Positions 1 to 13,155 of a stretch of DNA of 64,000 nt are shown piece after piece. How positions within the stretch are numbered: the first letter of the stretch is position 1; the number at the start of each line of letters is the position of its first letter. Source of the stretch: Heptranchias perlo (taxonomy: Eukaryota); contig NC_090364.1 of the NCBI RefSeq assembly GCF_035084215.1, positions 4,278,001 to 4,342,000 of the forward strand, written 5' to 3'. The translations under genes and the position numbers were made by a program. Under the pieces are notes generated by a model. It had not been told where the DNA came from, searched no databases, and saw only the letters and a program-made list of their open reading frames with translations.

Positions 1-1288
1 GGGCTGGCTTGGTGCTGTGGGCCAGGCAGAAGCTAGATTGTAGGTGGGAAACCAGCAAGAGCGTACCACTCAAACTAATGTTGAGTACATTGGCACTTGC
101 CCTCCCTGTCCTTTTCTGTATTTAGCAACAGCTTGCTGCAGTGATCAAATCTCTATTTCAGTTTAGATGCAGGAAGGAAGTGCAAATAGAAAGCCTTAGT
201 TAGCAGAATACTAACCCAGTTACACACGTGAGCTTTATTGATGCCTGCCTAAGTGGTCAGGGAAGGATTGTGCTGGGAGCCCACAGACATTTTGAGTAGT
301 GGGAGTATAGACAATAAAAAAAATGGAATAAGCCATATAGAAAAACAGATAAACGATTAAAGAAAAGTGGGACAAATACATACAGCAGGGCGAGAGGCTC
401 GAGAACCAGTAACCACATCTTAAAATGTGGGGGAGGAGACAGATAGAAAGAAATGGGATGTGGTATGACTGTTTAGTAGAGCAAATATCAGCAAGGGAAC
501 CTTATTGAATCCATACAGCCTAGAGCAGCTGCTCAAGCAGAGGCTAGAAGCATACACAAATAAACAAGGAACTGGAGGAGAGAGGCTAGAAAACCAGGTA
601 ACTACAGGAGACACCATTAACAGTAATTTATGGACTCATTGGCAGCCAGCTGCATGGACAACCCTGTTATGAAATTCCTGTATTTATTTTTTCATTACTC
701 TGGTATTAAGCAGTTTGAGACAGGGAAATTTTCTTACCTACTAAAACCAGCAACAGGGATTCCTAGCCTCAAATTCAGGAGTTATCCTCATAAGTAGGTT
801 TACGTGATCATTGAACAATTAAGAATTTTTTTTCCCCCCCATGGTGGAGGGCTTTATTTAAAAAAAACCAGCAAAAGCTATATTATGTTGTAACATGTCT
901 AAATATAAAGGAACAAAGACATTCCTCAGCCCTGGCAAGAGTAGTGTTGTGAAAAGGAATAGGTCAGGAAATGTCTTACTGTAATCATCTTAACAGCACA
1001 TGGACCCAAACGATCAGAATTTGACACCATTAGCTACCTAGCAAGGCACTGAAAACTTTAGCCATCCAGTCCCACATCACATGGACCCTTCCCCTCCCAA
1101 CAAAAGTGTTAGTCATTTTAAGGACACGACATTCAATACTCATTGTTTTTATTTCCAGTCACAGTGAGTTACTACAATACTTCAGAGTGATGCTTTGTAC
1201 AACTTACAATCAAAACTTCATACACCACAGATCATTCAATGTACAGGTTGGAGTGTCTGCAATTACAGAATATAATCCTGCAGTAAAT

Positions 1289-3869
1289 TCAGTCACTCTC
1301 CCCCAGGGTGTGCTTATCAAACAGGTACACTCCCATGCCATTCTCAGGGGCTCCCAGTCTCTTCAGGTTGGTGATGTGATCTCCAAGCTTCTTGATCATC
1401 TTCACTTGTTCATCCAAGTAGTGGGTCTCCAGGAAGTCACGCAACTGGAAAAGGGAGATTTTCATTTAAGGCACCTATTTCATTAAGATTGGTTTATTAA
1501 ACAAATTGCTTCAGGCACCCTGCATTGATTCACTTTCTCCTACTCAAGGAGAAAGCAGTCCTAAAAGTGACTATTGCACAAGAATCAATTCCTACTCCAA
1601 ACCTTCCCTTCCTGCTTTGTTTTCAGAGGTCGTCTCCACGTCTGCCTCTCACTAAAACTGGTACTAATCGAGGCATCTAGTAAACTGAATAAACAGATGG
1701 GCTTTTGAGGGTCTGTTCTCAGTGGACAGTTTGTGCAGATCCAGCGGACTCTGGTAAGGTGGCAGAGGATGCGAACAGTAGTGACCACACTTCAAGAGAA
1801 GTTAAATTGGCTGTAAAGTGCTTTGGGACATCCAGGTCACTATACAAGTGCAAGTGCTTCCTTTCATAAAGGAAACATTAGAAACTTACATGAGGGTCTG
1901 TCCTCTCAGTGGACAGTTTGTGCAGATCCAGCAGACTCTGGTTCACATTCTTCTCCATCTGCAGAGCTCTCTGCATTGCCTCCAGACCATTGCTCCACTC
2001 ATCCTGCTCTGGTTTCTGGGGGGGGGGGGGGGGGGGGGAAGAAAGAAACAGAAAGAAAGAAATTGAAAAATTAGTTATTCTTGAGCATGATAAGACTTAG
2101 GATCACAAGTCAATGTCCCTTCTTGGTAGGTCACCCCTTCTCCCCACCCCCCCTAGATTTTACTAGTCTGTTCATCCCAGCAGATATCCTAATAAGTGAG
2201 TTGTTCTTTATTCACAGCAGTGTATGCTTTAAGGTGGGGTATCCTAAAAGGAAACACAATATGCCAAATGATGTCCAACAAGTACTAATTGCAGTAACAT
2301 TTCCTTGCCTTTGGACAAACCCCATCAGATTAGTTTTTTTGTACTTGCAAGTTAGCTTCTAATGACCTTCCCAATCCCTTTGCTCATATACTCTTATCCT
2401 TACATAGGAGGTGAACTAACTCATTGAACTAAATCAACCATCATACCTACCCCAGAGCTCACTACAGATCCTAGCTTAACATATACCACTATTTGCAAAT
2501 CCAGATCATACATGCACTAGTGGGCACCAGCTCAAAGATGGTCTATTTTATCCCAACTCTGCCTCCTGCTCCACCCAGTTTTACTGTTGTCACAAGGTTG
2601 CATCTAATTCCATGCACTTCAATTTTAGTCAGCAATCTCCTACCTTCTGAAAATCCATGTACACAACATTTATTAAATCCCCCTGGCAAAATTCACTCAA
2701 TAGAAAATCTATTAACTAGTCTACTTTTCACAAAAGCAAGGCAATTCTTCAAAGCTTGCTGACCTTGATGTCCTCCAAGATGACTCGGCCCCCACGCTGA
2801 TTCTGGAATTTCAGTAGTTTCTCAGCGTGCTCCCGTTCCTCATGTGACTGCTCCTTGAAGAACTCAGCAAAGTGACGCAGGGCAACATCATCCCGGTCAA
2901 AGTAATAGGACTGTTGGTAGAAATAAAATGGAAAGAGAGAGTCAGGTCAGACCTAAATCTCATCCAAGGCCAGCTCAAAAATGGTGGTAACATCATGGTA
3001 GATATACCCATTCTCTACCTTTTGAAACTTAGCTATCAATTAAGGGGCTCAGTTTCTACAAAAAAAGGGAAAAAATTCTGGCACGTCAAACTCAATTTGC
3101 TTAATTGATCTTTTCTGAGTATGTTGACAGTCCAGCTCTGTGGCATAGCTCAACTAGACAAGAGGTTGCCTAAAAACATTAGGGAGCAAATGCTTTTTGG
3201 ATTAAAGTTTATTTCAGCATTCAAGCTATACTTACATCAGCTAAACTGTGGTAGCTACTTTTGTTCCCAGGTAGAAGTCTAAAATCAGTGAAGGGAAAGA
3301 GCAAAATCTTTCAAATTCAGTAGTTTAACAACTTGAAATCATTGTGAAGATCCAGCCTCAGTGAGGAAAACTTCAACACAACAGGATTCTCAGGACTTCA
3401 CTCAATTAGAAAGGGGAAATAACTAGCCAGAACCAGCCAATGTTTCACTAACTAGTTACCAATTAAATGTAGTTGTTTGCATTCAAGTTGGAAAAGGTTC
3501 ACCAGGTTTGTACATCTGCAAGATGAACCCTCTATTACAAACTTCATGGAACCCTTCAGTTAATTTCAGAATAGGACACAGCTATTATAGAGCAGGGAAC
3601 AATCGGTCAATGAAATCTTCTACAAGTTCACTGGATTGAGACTGGGGAAGAGTCACATAGGTACACTCCAGAGCCAATCCATTAACCTAGAGAAATTCTA
3701 CCTGCTTGGAGTACAATGACACCACAGCCTTAATTTTGAAACAGAGCCCCAAAAATACAAAACTCACCATAGAAAGATAAACATAAGAAGAATAGAGTTC
3801 CATATTGATCTGCTTGTTAACACCATCCTCACACTCCTTGTGATAGTTCTGACATACTTGGGAGGCCAT
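1289..3869 (-). CDS. fth1: Ferritin H/M-type subunit, copy 1 (176 aa); exons 3768-3869, 2764-2910, 1890-2015, 1289-1444
   Basis: Splices (GT-AG, all phase 0) to [176 protein letters not shown]. Canonical vertebrate ferritin intron positions; ferroxidase residues E27,Y34,E61,E62,H65,E107,Q141 present; AATAAA near 1148-1153. Exact orthology (H vs M) not resolved. Confidence 0.93.
1706..1755 (-). pseudogene. Partial extra copy of ferritin exon 3 within intron 3 of copy 1
   Basis: tgagggtctgttctcagtggacagtttgtgcagatccagcggactctggt matches 1891-1942 with a 2-nt deletion and a few substitutions; lacks splice sites. Confidence 0.85.
1781..1860 (+). mobile_element. 3' tail of Deu-domain SINE (same element as 7405-7778)
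   Basis: gtgaccacacttcaagagaagttaa...catcc..ggtca..ctatacaagtgcaag matches 7703-7770. Confidence 0.6.
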
Positions 3870-3944
3870 CTTTACTTTCACTATTAACAGAAATCTCACT
3901 TCAAACTGCAGGAACAACCTAACCTCTTCCCTCACAAGCTCTTG

Positions 3945-4070
3945 TATTTATACTACTGGGACAGCCTGCATTTAAACAGGGTATGACATCACCAATGACG
4001 ATTGACAATCCCTGATAGCCACTCAGGAATCTTCCATGAATCCAGGCACCAATTAACAAAGGACAGGGGG
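3945..4070 (-). promoter_or_regulatory. Ferritin core/proximal promoter: TATA box, CRE/AP-1-like TGACATCA, CCAAT boxes
   Basis: TATAAATA on minus strand at 3945-3952, ~80 bp upstream of ATG; TGACATCACCAAT and a second CACCAAT upstream; block is near-identical upstream of every exon 1 in the window. Confidence 0.75.
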
Positions 4071-4841
4071 TTATGCTTGAGGCTTTCCGCGACCGGTGGG
4101 CACCGCAGGGGCTGGAGTGCATCCTGAACGAGGATAATAAAATTTTGATTTGAACTCTTGGTTTTGGTTTGTTTGGTTTTTAGTTGTTAAGCACACCCCA
4201 CACCCCCCTTCTTATAAAAGGGGGGCCTAATTGGAAAAAAGAACAAAAAAAAAAAAAAAAAAAAATCTGTAAAAAAAAACAATCCCTGATAGCCACTCAG
4301 GAATCTTCCATGAATCCAGGCACCAATTAACAAAGGACAGGGGGTTATGCTTGAGGCTTTCCGCGACCGGTGGGCACCGCAGGGGCTGGAGTGCATCCTG
4401 AACGAGGATAATAAAATTTTGATTTGAACTCTTGGTTTTGGTTTTTAGTTGTTAAGCACACCCCACACCCCCCCTTCTTATAAAAGGGGGGCCTAATTAG
4501 AGAAGATATAAAAAAAAATAAAAAAAAAAAATCCAGGCACCAATTAACAAAGGACAGGGGGTTATGCTTGAGGCTTTCTGCGACTGGTGAGCACCGCAGG
4601 GACTTTTTAATGTGTTTTAGGCCCCCTTTTATAAGTGGGGTTCGCACCACAGGGACTGGAGTGCATCTTTGATCAGTACAATAAAATTATTTGACTTTGT
4701 TTATTTTTATTCTGATTAGTGTTTAAAAAAGAAAGTGACACCCTAACCCCCCTTCTTATAAAAGGGGGCCTACCCCCCCCCCCAAAAAAAAAGGGGATGT
4801 ATGGTGTTAAAGAGGGCTTATATAAAAAAAGATAAAAAGAA
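4071..4841 (+). mobile_element. Stack of three 5'-truncated Tx1-clade 3' ends (4071-4279, 4345-4531, 4562-4841) separated by duplicated promoter sequence
   Basis: Each matches the ORF2 end (LEAFRDRWAPQGLECILNEDNKILI*), GT-rich 3'UTR, C6-TTCTTATAAAA-G6 hairpin and poly(A) of the full-length element at 37375-37556. Confidence 0.92.
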
Positions 4842-4928
4842 GTGGGGGTGGGGTGTGATTCCCAGAGCCAGTCAGAACTTTGGAATACAGGCAGGTTTGG
4901 ATGATTCTGTGATGTCATTGCTGATGGT

Positions 4929-5127
4929 CTCTATTCTTTTTGTATTACTATTAATAACTCAAATCAACTAATGAAAGTGCCCTTTTTTAGAGGGGCACAA
5001 ACAATCAACACCCCAAATCATAAAAACCAAAGGAAACTTATCAAACTAAACAATAATATTACCCACCGGTCGTGGAAGGCCTCAAGCGCACTGGCAGACA
5101 CCCCGAGTTACCTCTCCAGGGCCACCC
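4929..5127 (-). mobile_element. Older, inverted 5'-truncated Tx1-clade fragment in copy-1 upstream region
   Basis: Reverse complement reads cgggtggccctggagagg...ggtgtctgccagtgcgcttgaggccttccacgaccggtggg (cf. 37335-37401) plus 3'UTR hairpin; flanked by imperfect repeat gctgatggt/gctgttagt. Confidence 0.8.
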
Positions 5128-5139
5128 GCTGTTAGTTTT

Positions 5140-5550
5140 TTTGACTTTCCTCAAACTGAATCTGATAACATCTCTGTTCCCAGAATCAGAGCTTCACAAC
5201 ATATCTCAAAGAGATCAATGAGTTTACAAATGGAAATCCCATCCAGTACATGGTATCAAGCACAATCGGTTCTAAGTTAACCCGTCTCTTAGACAATTGA
5301 TGGGCATGTGGATGGGTCCAGAAAGAGTCCATTATACCAAGATTCACAATGTTGATCAGCACAATAGATTGAAGGAGACTGACCTTCACCAGACAGTCCG
5401 CAAACCAACCGACGAGTTGGGGAAATGGAAAGTGGATCAGGTGGGAGCTTCAAACAGAACTCTGTTGCTCCATCACTAAAGTGCGAAGTGGATTTTTATC
5501 CCCATGAAATTTAAGAACTGTAAAGTCCAATGTTTAGTTTGCACTGTTTT
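5140..5550. repeat. Conserved ~400-bp upstream block of the ferritin repeat unit (also ~10585-11010, 16750-17175, 22105-22525, 37985-38405, 53385-53790)
   Basis: Clearly alignable copies (tctgataacatctctgttcccagaatcagagcttc...gaccttcaccagacagtccgcagtgagtccgcaaacc...gtttgcactgtt). Confidence 0.85.
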
Positions 5551-6876
5551 TTCATCTCTTACAAATCTTGAGTCTGTTGTGAGGAAAAGTTTTATACCTA
5601 AAATGTCAACTATCTTGTGTTTTCTTGACCAATGCTGCCTGACCTGCTGAGTATCTCCAGCATTTTCTGTTTGTTTGCAATTTCCAGTATCTTGCTCATA
5701 CAGGCATCCACCAGCCCCTGCCAGTCAAGATAATATTTAATTTGCAGGCAGGCTAATTATGTAAAACAGTTCCCCTTATCTGCTACCTAGGTCTTGGAGA
5801 GAATATTTAATGGGCTTATATGCCTTAGTACTTTCCCTTTAAGGCATCTATTTTTGAACATTAATAGATGTTTAATTTTTGGTGTTTCCAGGGAAACAAA
5901 AAAAAAAAATCACACTTTGGATTAGGGCAGTCTTTAATGGGTTGCAGTCATTAGAAAAATACCAAGTGAAGCATTGAAGATAATGTACAATGACTGTGAT
6001 TACAATTAACTGGTGGCTTTAAGAGAGAGTGGTGTACTAATAGAAAGGGAGTGAAATTAAGTTGTTGAGAGACATAAATACCAAAGCAAATGATTCCTAT
6101 ATATCAGTACTGCTACCACTTTATCCAACACCAAGCTCCAGGTAGGTCATACAGCAGTATGATGTATAGCTTTATACAGATTGGTATTGTACTTAATCCT
6201 AGAGCATTGATAATTATTCCCCCCAGGGGAAAGATGTTAACTAATAGCATTGACCACTTTAGTCTTCCTATGAGCAAGCTATACAAACCACAATACTTCA
6301 GCAATCCAGTGAGTGATATGTGGTATTACTCTAATACCAAGATTCCATGTTCCTCTCACCCTTTACTTTCCCCCCCACCAAGATTCAAGTCTGAAGCAGG
6401 ATGCCAAGCAGATGCTTTTCATTCTCCAGACTGAAGAGAATTAATGCAGAAGGGACTAATTCAACACCCTCCCCAAACTCTTCAAAGCTCCACAATATTT
6501 TGCTGCTCAAAGGGGGTTTTTATGATTGCAGTTGCAGAAATTCCCTCTAAGCATCAGACAATTGAGATGCAAGCACAACTATCCTGGACAGGCACTAATC
6601 ATATTTAGGAAGATTGACTGGGAGGCACTCATTTTTAGGCATGTAAAGAGTTAACTTGGGATCATAAGTTACTCAGCTGGGCATCATGCAGATGATATCT
6701 TGGTTTTTCTCAATAAAAAGATCAGCTACTTAATTATGCAACAAAGACAAACCAGTTCAATGATGAATAGCTTTTATTTCCATGCAGTGACAGATGAAAA
6801 ACTGGGAATTAACCACAATCAAAGCATTCACCACCAGAATTTGGTCACTTTCATATGTATGTTTATAGAATCCCAG

Positions 6877-9940
<3,064 letters not shown>

Positions 9941-10219
9941 CTTAACTTTTACTGGTAATACCAATCTCAGTTCAAACACCACTATAGTAACAACCTAACC
10001 TCTTTCCTCACAAGCTCTTGTATTTATACTACTGGGACAGCCTGCATTTACACAAAGTATCACCAATGATGATTGACAATCCCTGATAGCCACTCAGGAA
10101 TCTTCCATGGATCCAGGCACCAATTAACAAAGGACTAGGGGGTGGTGTGTGATTCCCAGAGTCAATCAGAGCTTTGGAATACAGGCAGGATTGGATGATT
10201 ATTCTATGATGTCGTTGCT

Positions 10220-10570
10220 CTAGGTTTATTCCTCTTTTAATAGATCCCGTTTGGGAGACACTGTGGTGCTTCATACCCAAAAAAAAAGAAATCTAATAAA
10301 AGTGCCCCAAAGGGTACAACTAAGAAACACCTAAAATCATACAAAAAAAGGAAACTTAGCAAATTAAATCAGAATATTATTTTCCGTGCCCACTACACAC
10401 TCCAGTCCCTGCGATGCCCACCGGTTGCAGAAGGTCTCAACCGTACCAGCAGACATCGCATGCTCCTTCTCCAAGGCCACTCAGGTGTGGACAAGACTGT
10501 GGAAGAGAGGCAGGCAGCCAGAGCGACCACCCCCATGGATCACGTCCAACCTGGACCCATAAATGGCCAC
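10220..10570 (-). mobile_element. Diverged inverted 5'-truncated Tx1-clade fragment upstream of copy 2
   Basis: Reverse complement matches ORF2 C-terminus (gtggccatttatgggtccagg...ctgcctgcctctcttcc...accggtgggcatcgcagggactggagtg); interrupts the promoter at ttgct|gttgg. Confidence 0.8.
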
Positions 10571-12023
10571 TGCTGTTGGTTTTTTTGACTTTCGTCAAAT
10601 TAAATCTGATAACATCTCTGTTCTTAGAATCAGCGCTTCACAAAATATCTCAAAGAGATCGATGAGTTTACAAATGGAAATCCCATCCCGTAGATGGTGT
10701 CGAGCTCAATCGGTTCTAAGTTAACCCGTCTCTTGGACAATTGATGGTCATCTTGGTGTGTCCAGAAGGAGTCCGTTATACCAAGATTCACAATGTTGGT
10801 CAGCACAATAAATTGAAGGAGACTGACCTTCACCAGACAGTCCGCAGTGAGTCCGCAAACCAACCGACAACGAGTTAGGGAAATGGAATGTGGATCAGTT
10901 GGGAGCTTCAAACAGAACTCTGTTGCTCCATCACTGTAAAGTGCGATGTGGAGTTTTATCCCCATGAAAGTTAAGACTGGCAAAGTCCAGTGTTTGGTTT
11001 GCACTGTTTTTTCATCGCCTGCAAATCTGGAGTCTGACGTGAGGAAATGATTTAAAACTGAAATGGCAACTCTTGTGTTTTCTTGACTGATGCTGCCTGA
11101 TCAGCTGCCAGCATTGTCTGTTTTTGTTTGACATTTCCAGTATCTGCAGTATTTTGGTTTTTGTTCCTATTCTGTTGTAACTCTGGTCCAACTACCAGGC
11201 ATTGAAAAGAAAGACCACAAAGACTCAAGAACAGAGAAGAATGAATTACATTAAACTTACACCAAAATAGGCTGTTTGGCCCAGCCAGTTCATGTTGGTG
11301 TTCATTATTCACACAAGCAGTAGTCCTAATCCCATTGGCCTACCCTATTGCCCTACCATGGCATCTAATCTTACTCATGGAGACATCATCCATCCCCTGA
11401 CAGTCAAGCCAATATTTTATTTGTAGGTAGTGTAACCATGTATAATAGCTCACCTTGTCTGCTACCTCAGATCATGAGAGAATATTTAATGGGCTCATGT
11501 ACCTGAGTACATTCAAACAGGGTTCATTCATTGCCTTCAGGTGAACTACTTTCAAACACCATTAACAGGTGGGTTTAATTTCTGGTGTCTTCAAGCAAAC
11601 TCAAAAATCACACTATTTGTGGTTGAAGGGCAGTCTTTTTGAACAAGTTGTGGTAATTAGAAAAATACCATGAAATATGAAAGATAATGTACAGTAACTG
11701 ATTACAATTAACAGGTGGATCCCTGTAAGAATTAGAGATTCCATATTAGAAAGGCAGTTAGTGTTTGGGAGATGTAGAGGCATGATTTGATTGAGTAATT
11801 TAGATCAGCAATGATCATCTCCACTTTACCCAACATATGCCATATAGCACACACTGCAGTTTGACTGCTAGTTTAGGAGATGTACAAGAATCATATGCAC
11901 TAGCACTGATTACCAATACCAACAAACTCCAAACAGGACATCCTGCAATTTGATGGTTTAATCAATCCCAGCAGATTGTTAAGCATTGCCCCAGAGGAGA
12001 GAATGTTAAACAAAAGACAGCCT

Positions 12024-12482
12024 ATCCCATGCAATCGGCGTTTACGCCATTTTACGGACACCCAGGCCGCTTGCATTTTCTGCGGCCTGGAGGAGTCCGT
12101 TTTCCACTTGTACACTGGGTGTGCGAGACTGCAGCCCCTGTTCCATTATTTGGAGGGGCTGCTCCTCAAGTTCTGGCTGCATTTCAGTCCCACGCTCCTG
12201 ATCTTTGGCCGCCCGGTGAGGAGGGGGGCGGGCAGGTCGGCGGACGTCCTCGTGGGCCTGTCCAAGGTGCTCGCGGTCCGTGGGGGCGGTCGCTCGGCCT
12301 GTCTGCCTCTCTTTCGTGGGTTGCTCCGGAGATGGAGCACGCGGTGTCTGCCGGTACGCTCGAGGCTTTCCGCGACCGGTGGGCATCGCAGGGGCTGAAA
12401 TGCATCCTGGACGAGGATAATAAAGTTTTAATTTGAGCACTTGGTTTTGGTTTCTTTGGGTTTTAGTTCTTAAGAAAAAAAA
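12024..12482 (+). mobile_element. 5'-truncated Tx1-clade element with poly(A) and TSD, intergenic
   Basis: Encodes CNRRLRHFTDTQAACIFCGLEESVFHLYTGCARL...; TSD aaaagacagcct at 12012-12023 and 12479-12490; empty paralogous site at ~23531. Confidence 0.92.
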
Positions 12483-13155
12483 GACAGCCTGCCCACAGGA
12501 AAACACTAAGGTGGTTAATGCTATACTGCATAATACAGGCCACACACTTTAGTAATCTAGAATGACTTGTTGCATAAGACTAACACCAAGGCACCTGAAT
12601 TGCAGGTTCCTCCACCCCCCCCCACCTACTATCCTGACAAAAGTCTGAAGCAAGATGCCACACTGATGCTCTTAATTCTCCAGGCTGACCAGTTATTACT
12701 AAAGACACTAATTCAGCCCCCCCACACCTTGCAAATTCCTTTGTTGCACAGCTTCACAACACTTCACAGATGTTACGAAATCCCTTTTTTAGCAGGAATT
12801 GTTACTGAGATTACAGTTACAGAAATTGGTGTATTTTAGAAGTTCCCTAAAACTTCAGGAGAGAGAGCTCAGAGATGAGCACAGCCACCATATACAGGAA
12901 CTGAATGATGTTTAGGAAGCTGGTTCACAAGGGACTTCTATTTTTATGCATGTAAAAAGTTTGAACTTACAATCTAAGTTACACAGTTGGTGGTTATGCA
13001 GTGGATACCTTGGTGATTTGAGTAGTCAGACATCAAAGAAACCAGTTCAATAAGGAATAGCCTTTATTTCAATTACAGCAACAGATGAGAAAACTGGGAA
13101 TTAACCACAACCAAAGCATTCAGTCATTTCATTTTCACCAAGTATAGAACCCCAG

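Noticed and set aside
1-700. Purine-rich stretch that might be a decayed LTR-element fragment
   Set aside because: No open frame or motif that I can identify with confidence.
1106-1486. Plus-strand ORFs repeated near each gene (e.g. 1106, 6700, 18623, 55336)
   Set aside because: They are antisense shadows of ferritin exon 4 or exon 3.
4006-4600. Repeat-spacer-like pattern resembling a CRISPR array
   Set aside because: Eukaryotic context; the units are retrotransposon tails plus duplicated promoter.
4977-4998. Hairpin resembling a histone mRNA stem-loop or terminator
   Set aside because: Does not fit the 6-bp stem/4-nt loop consensus; explained as the Tx1 3'UTR hairpin.
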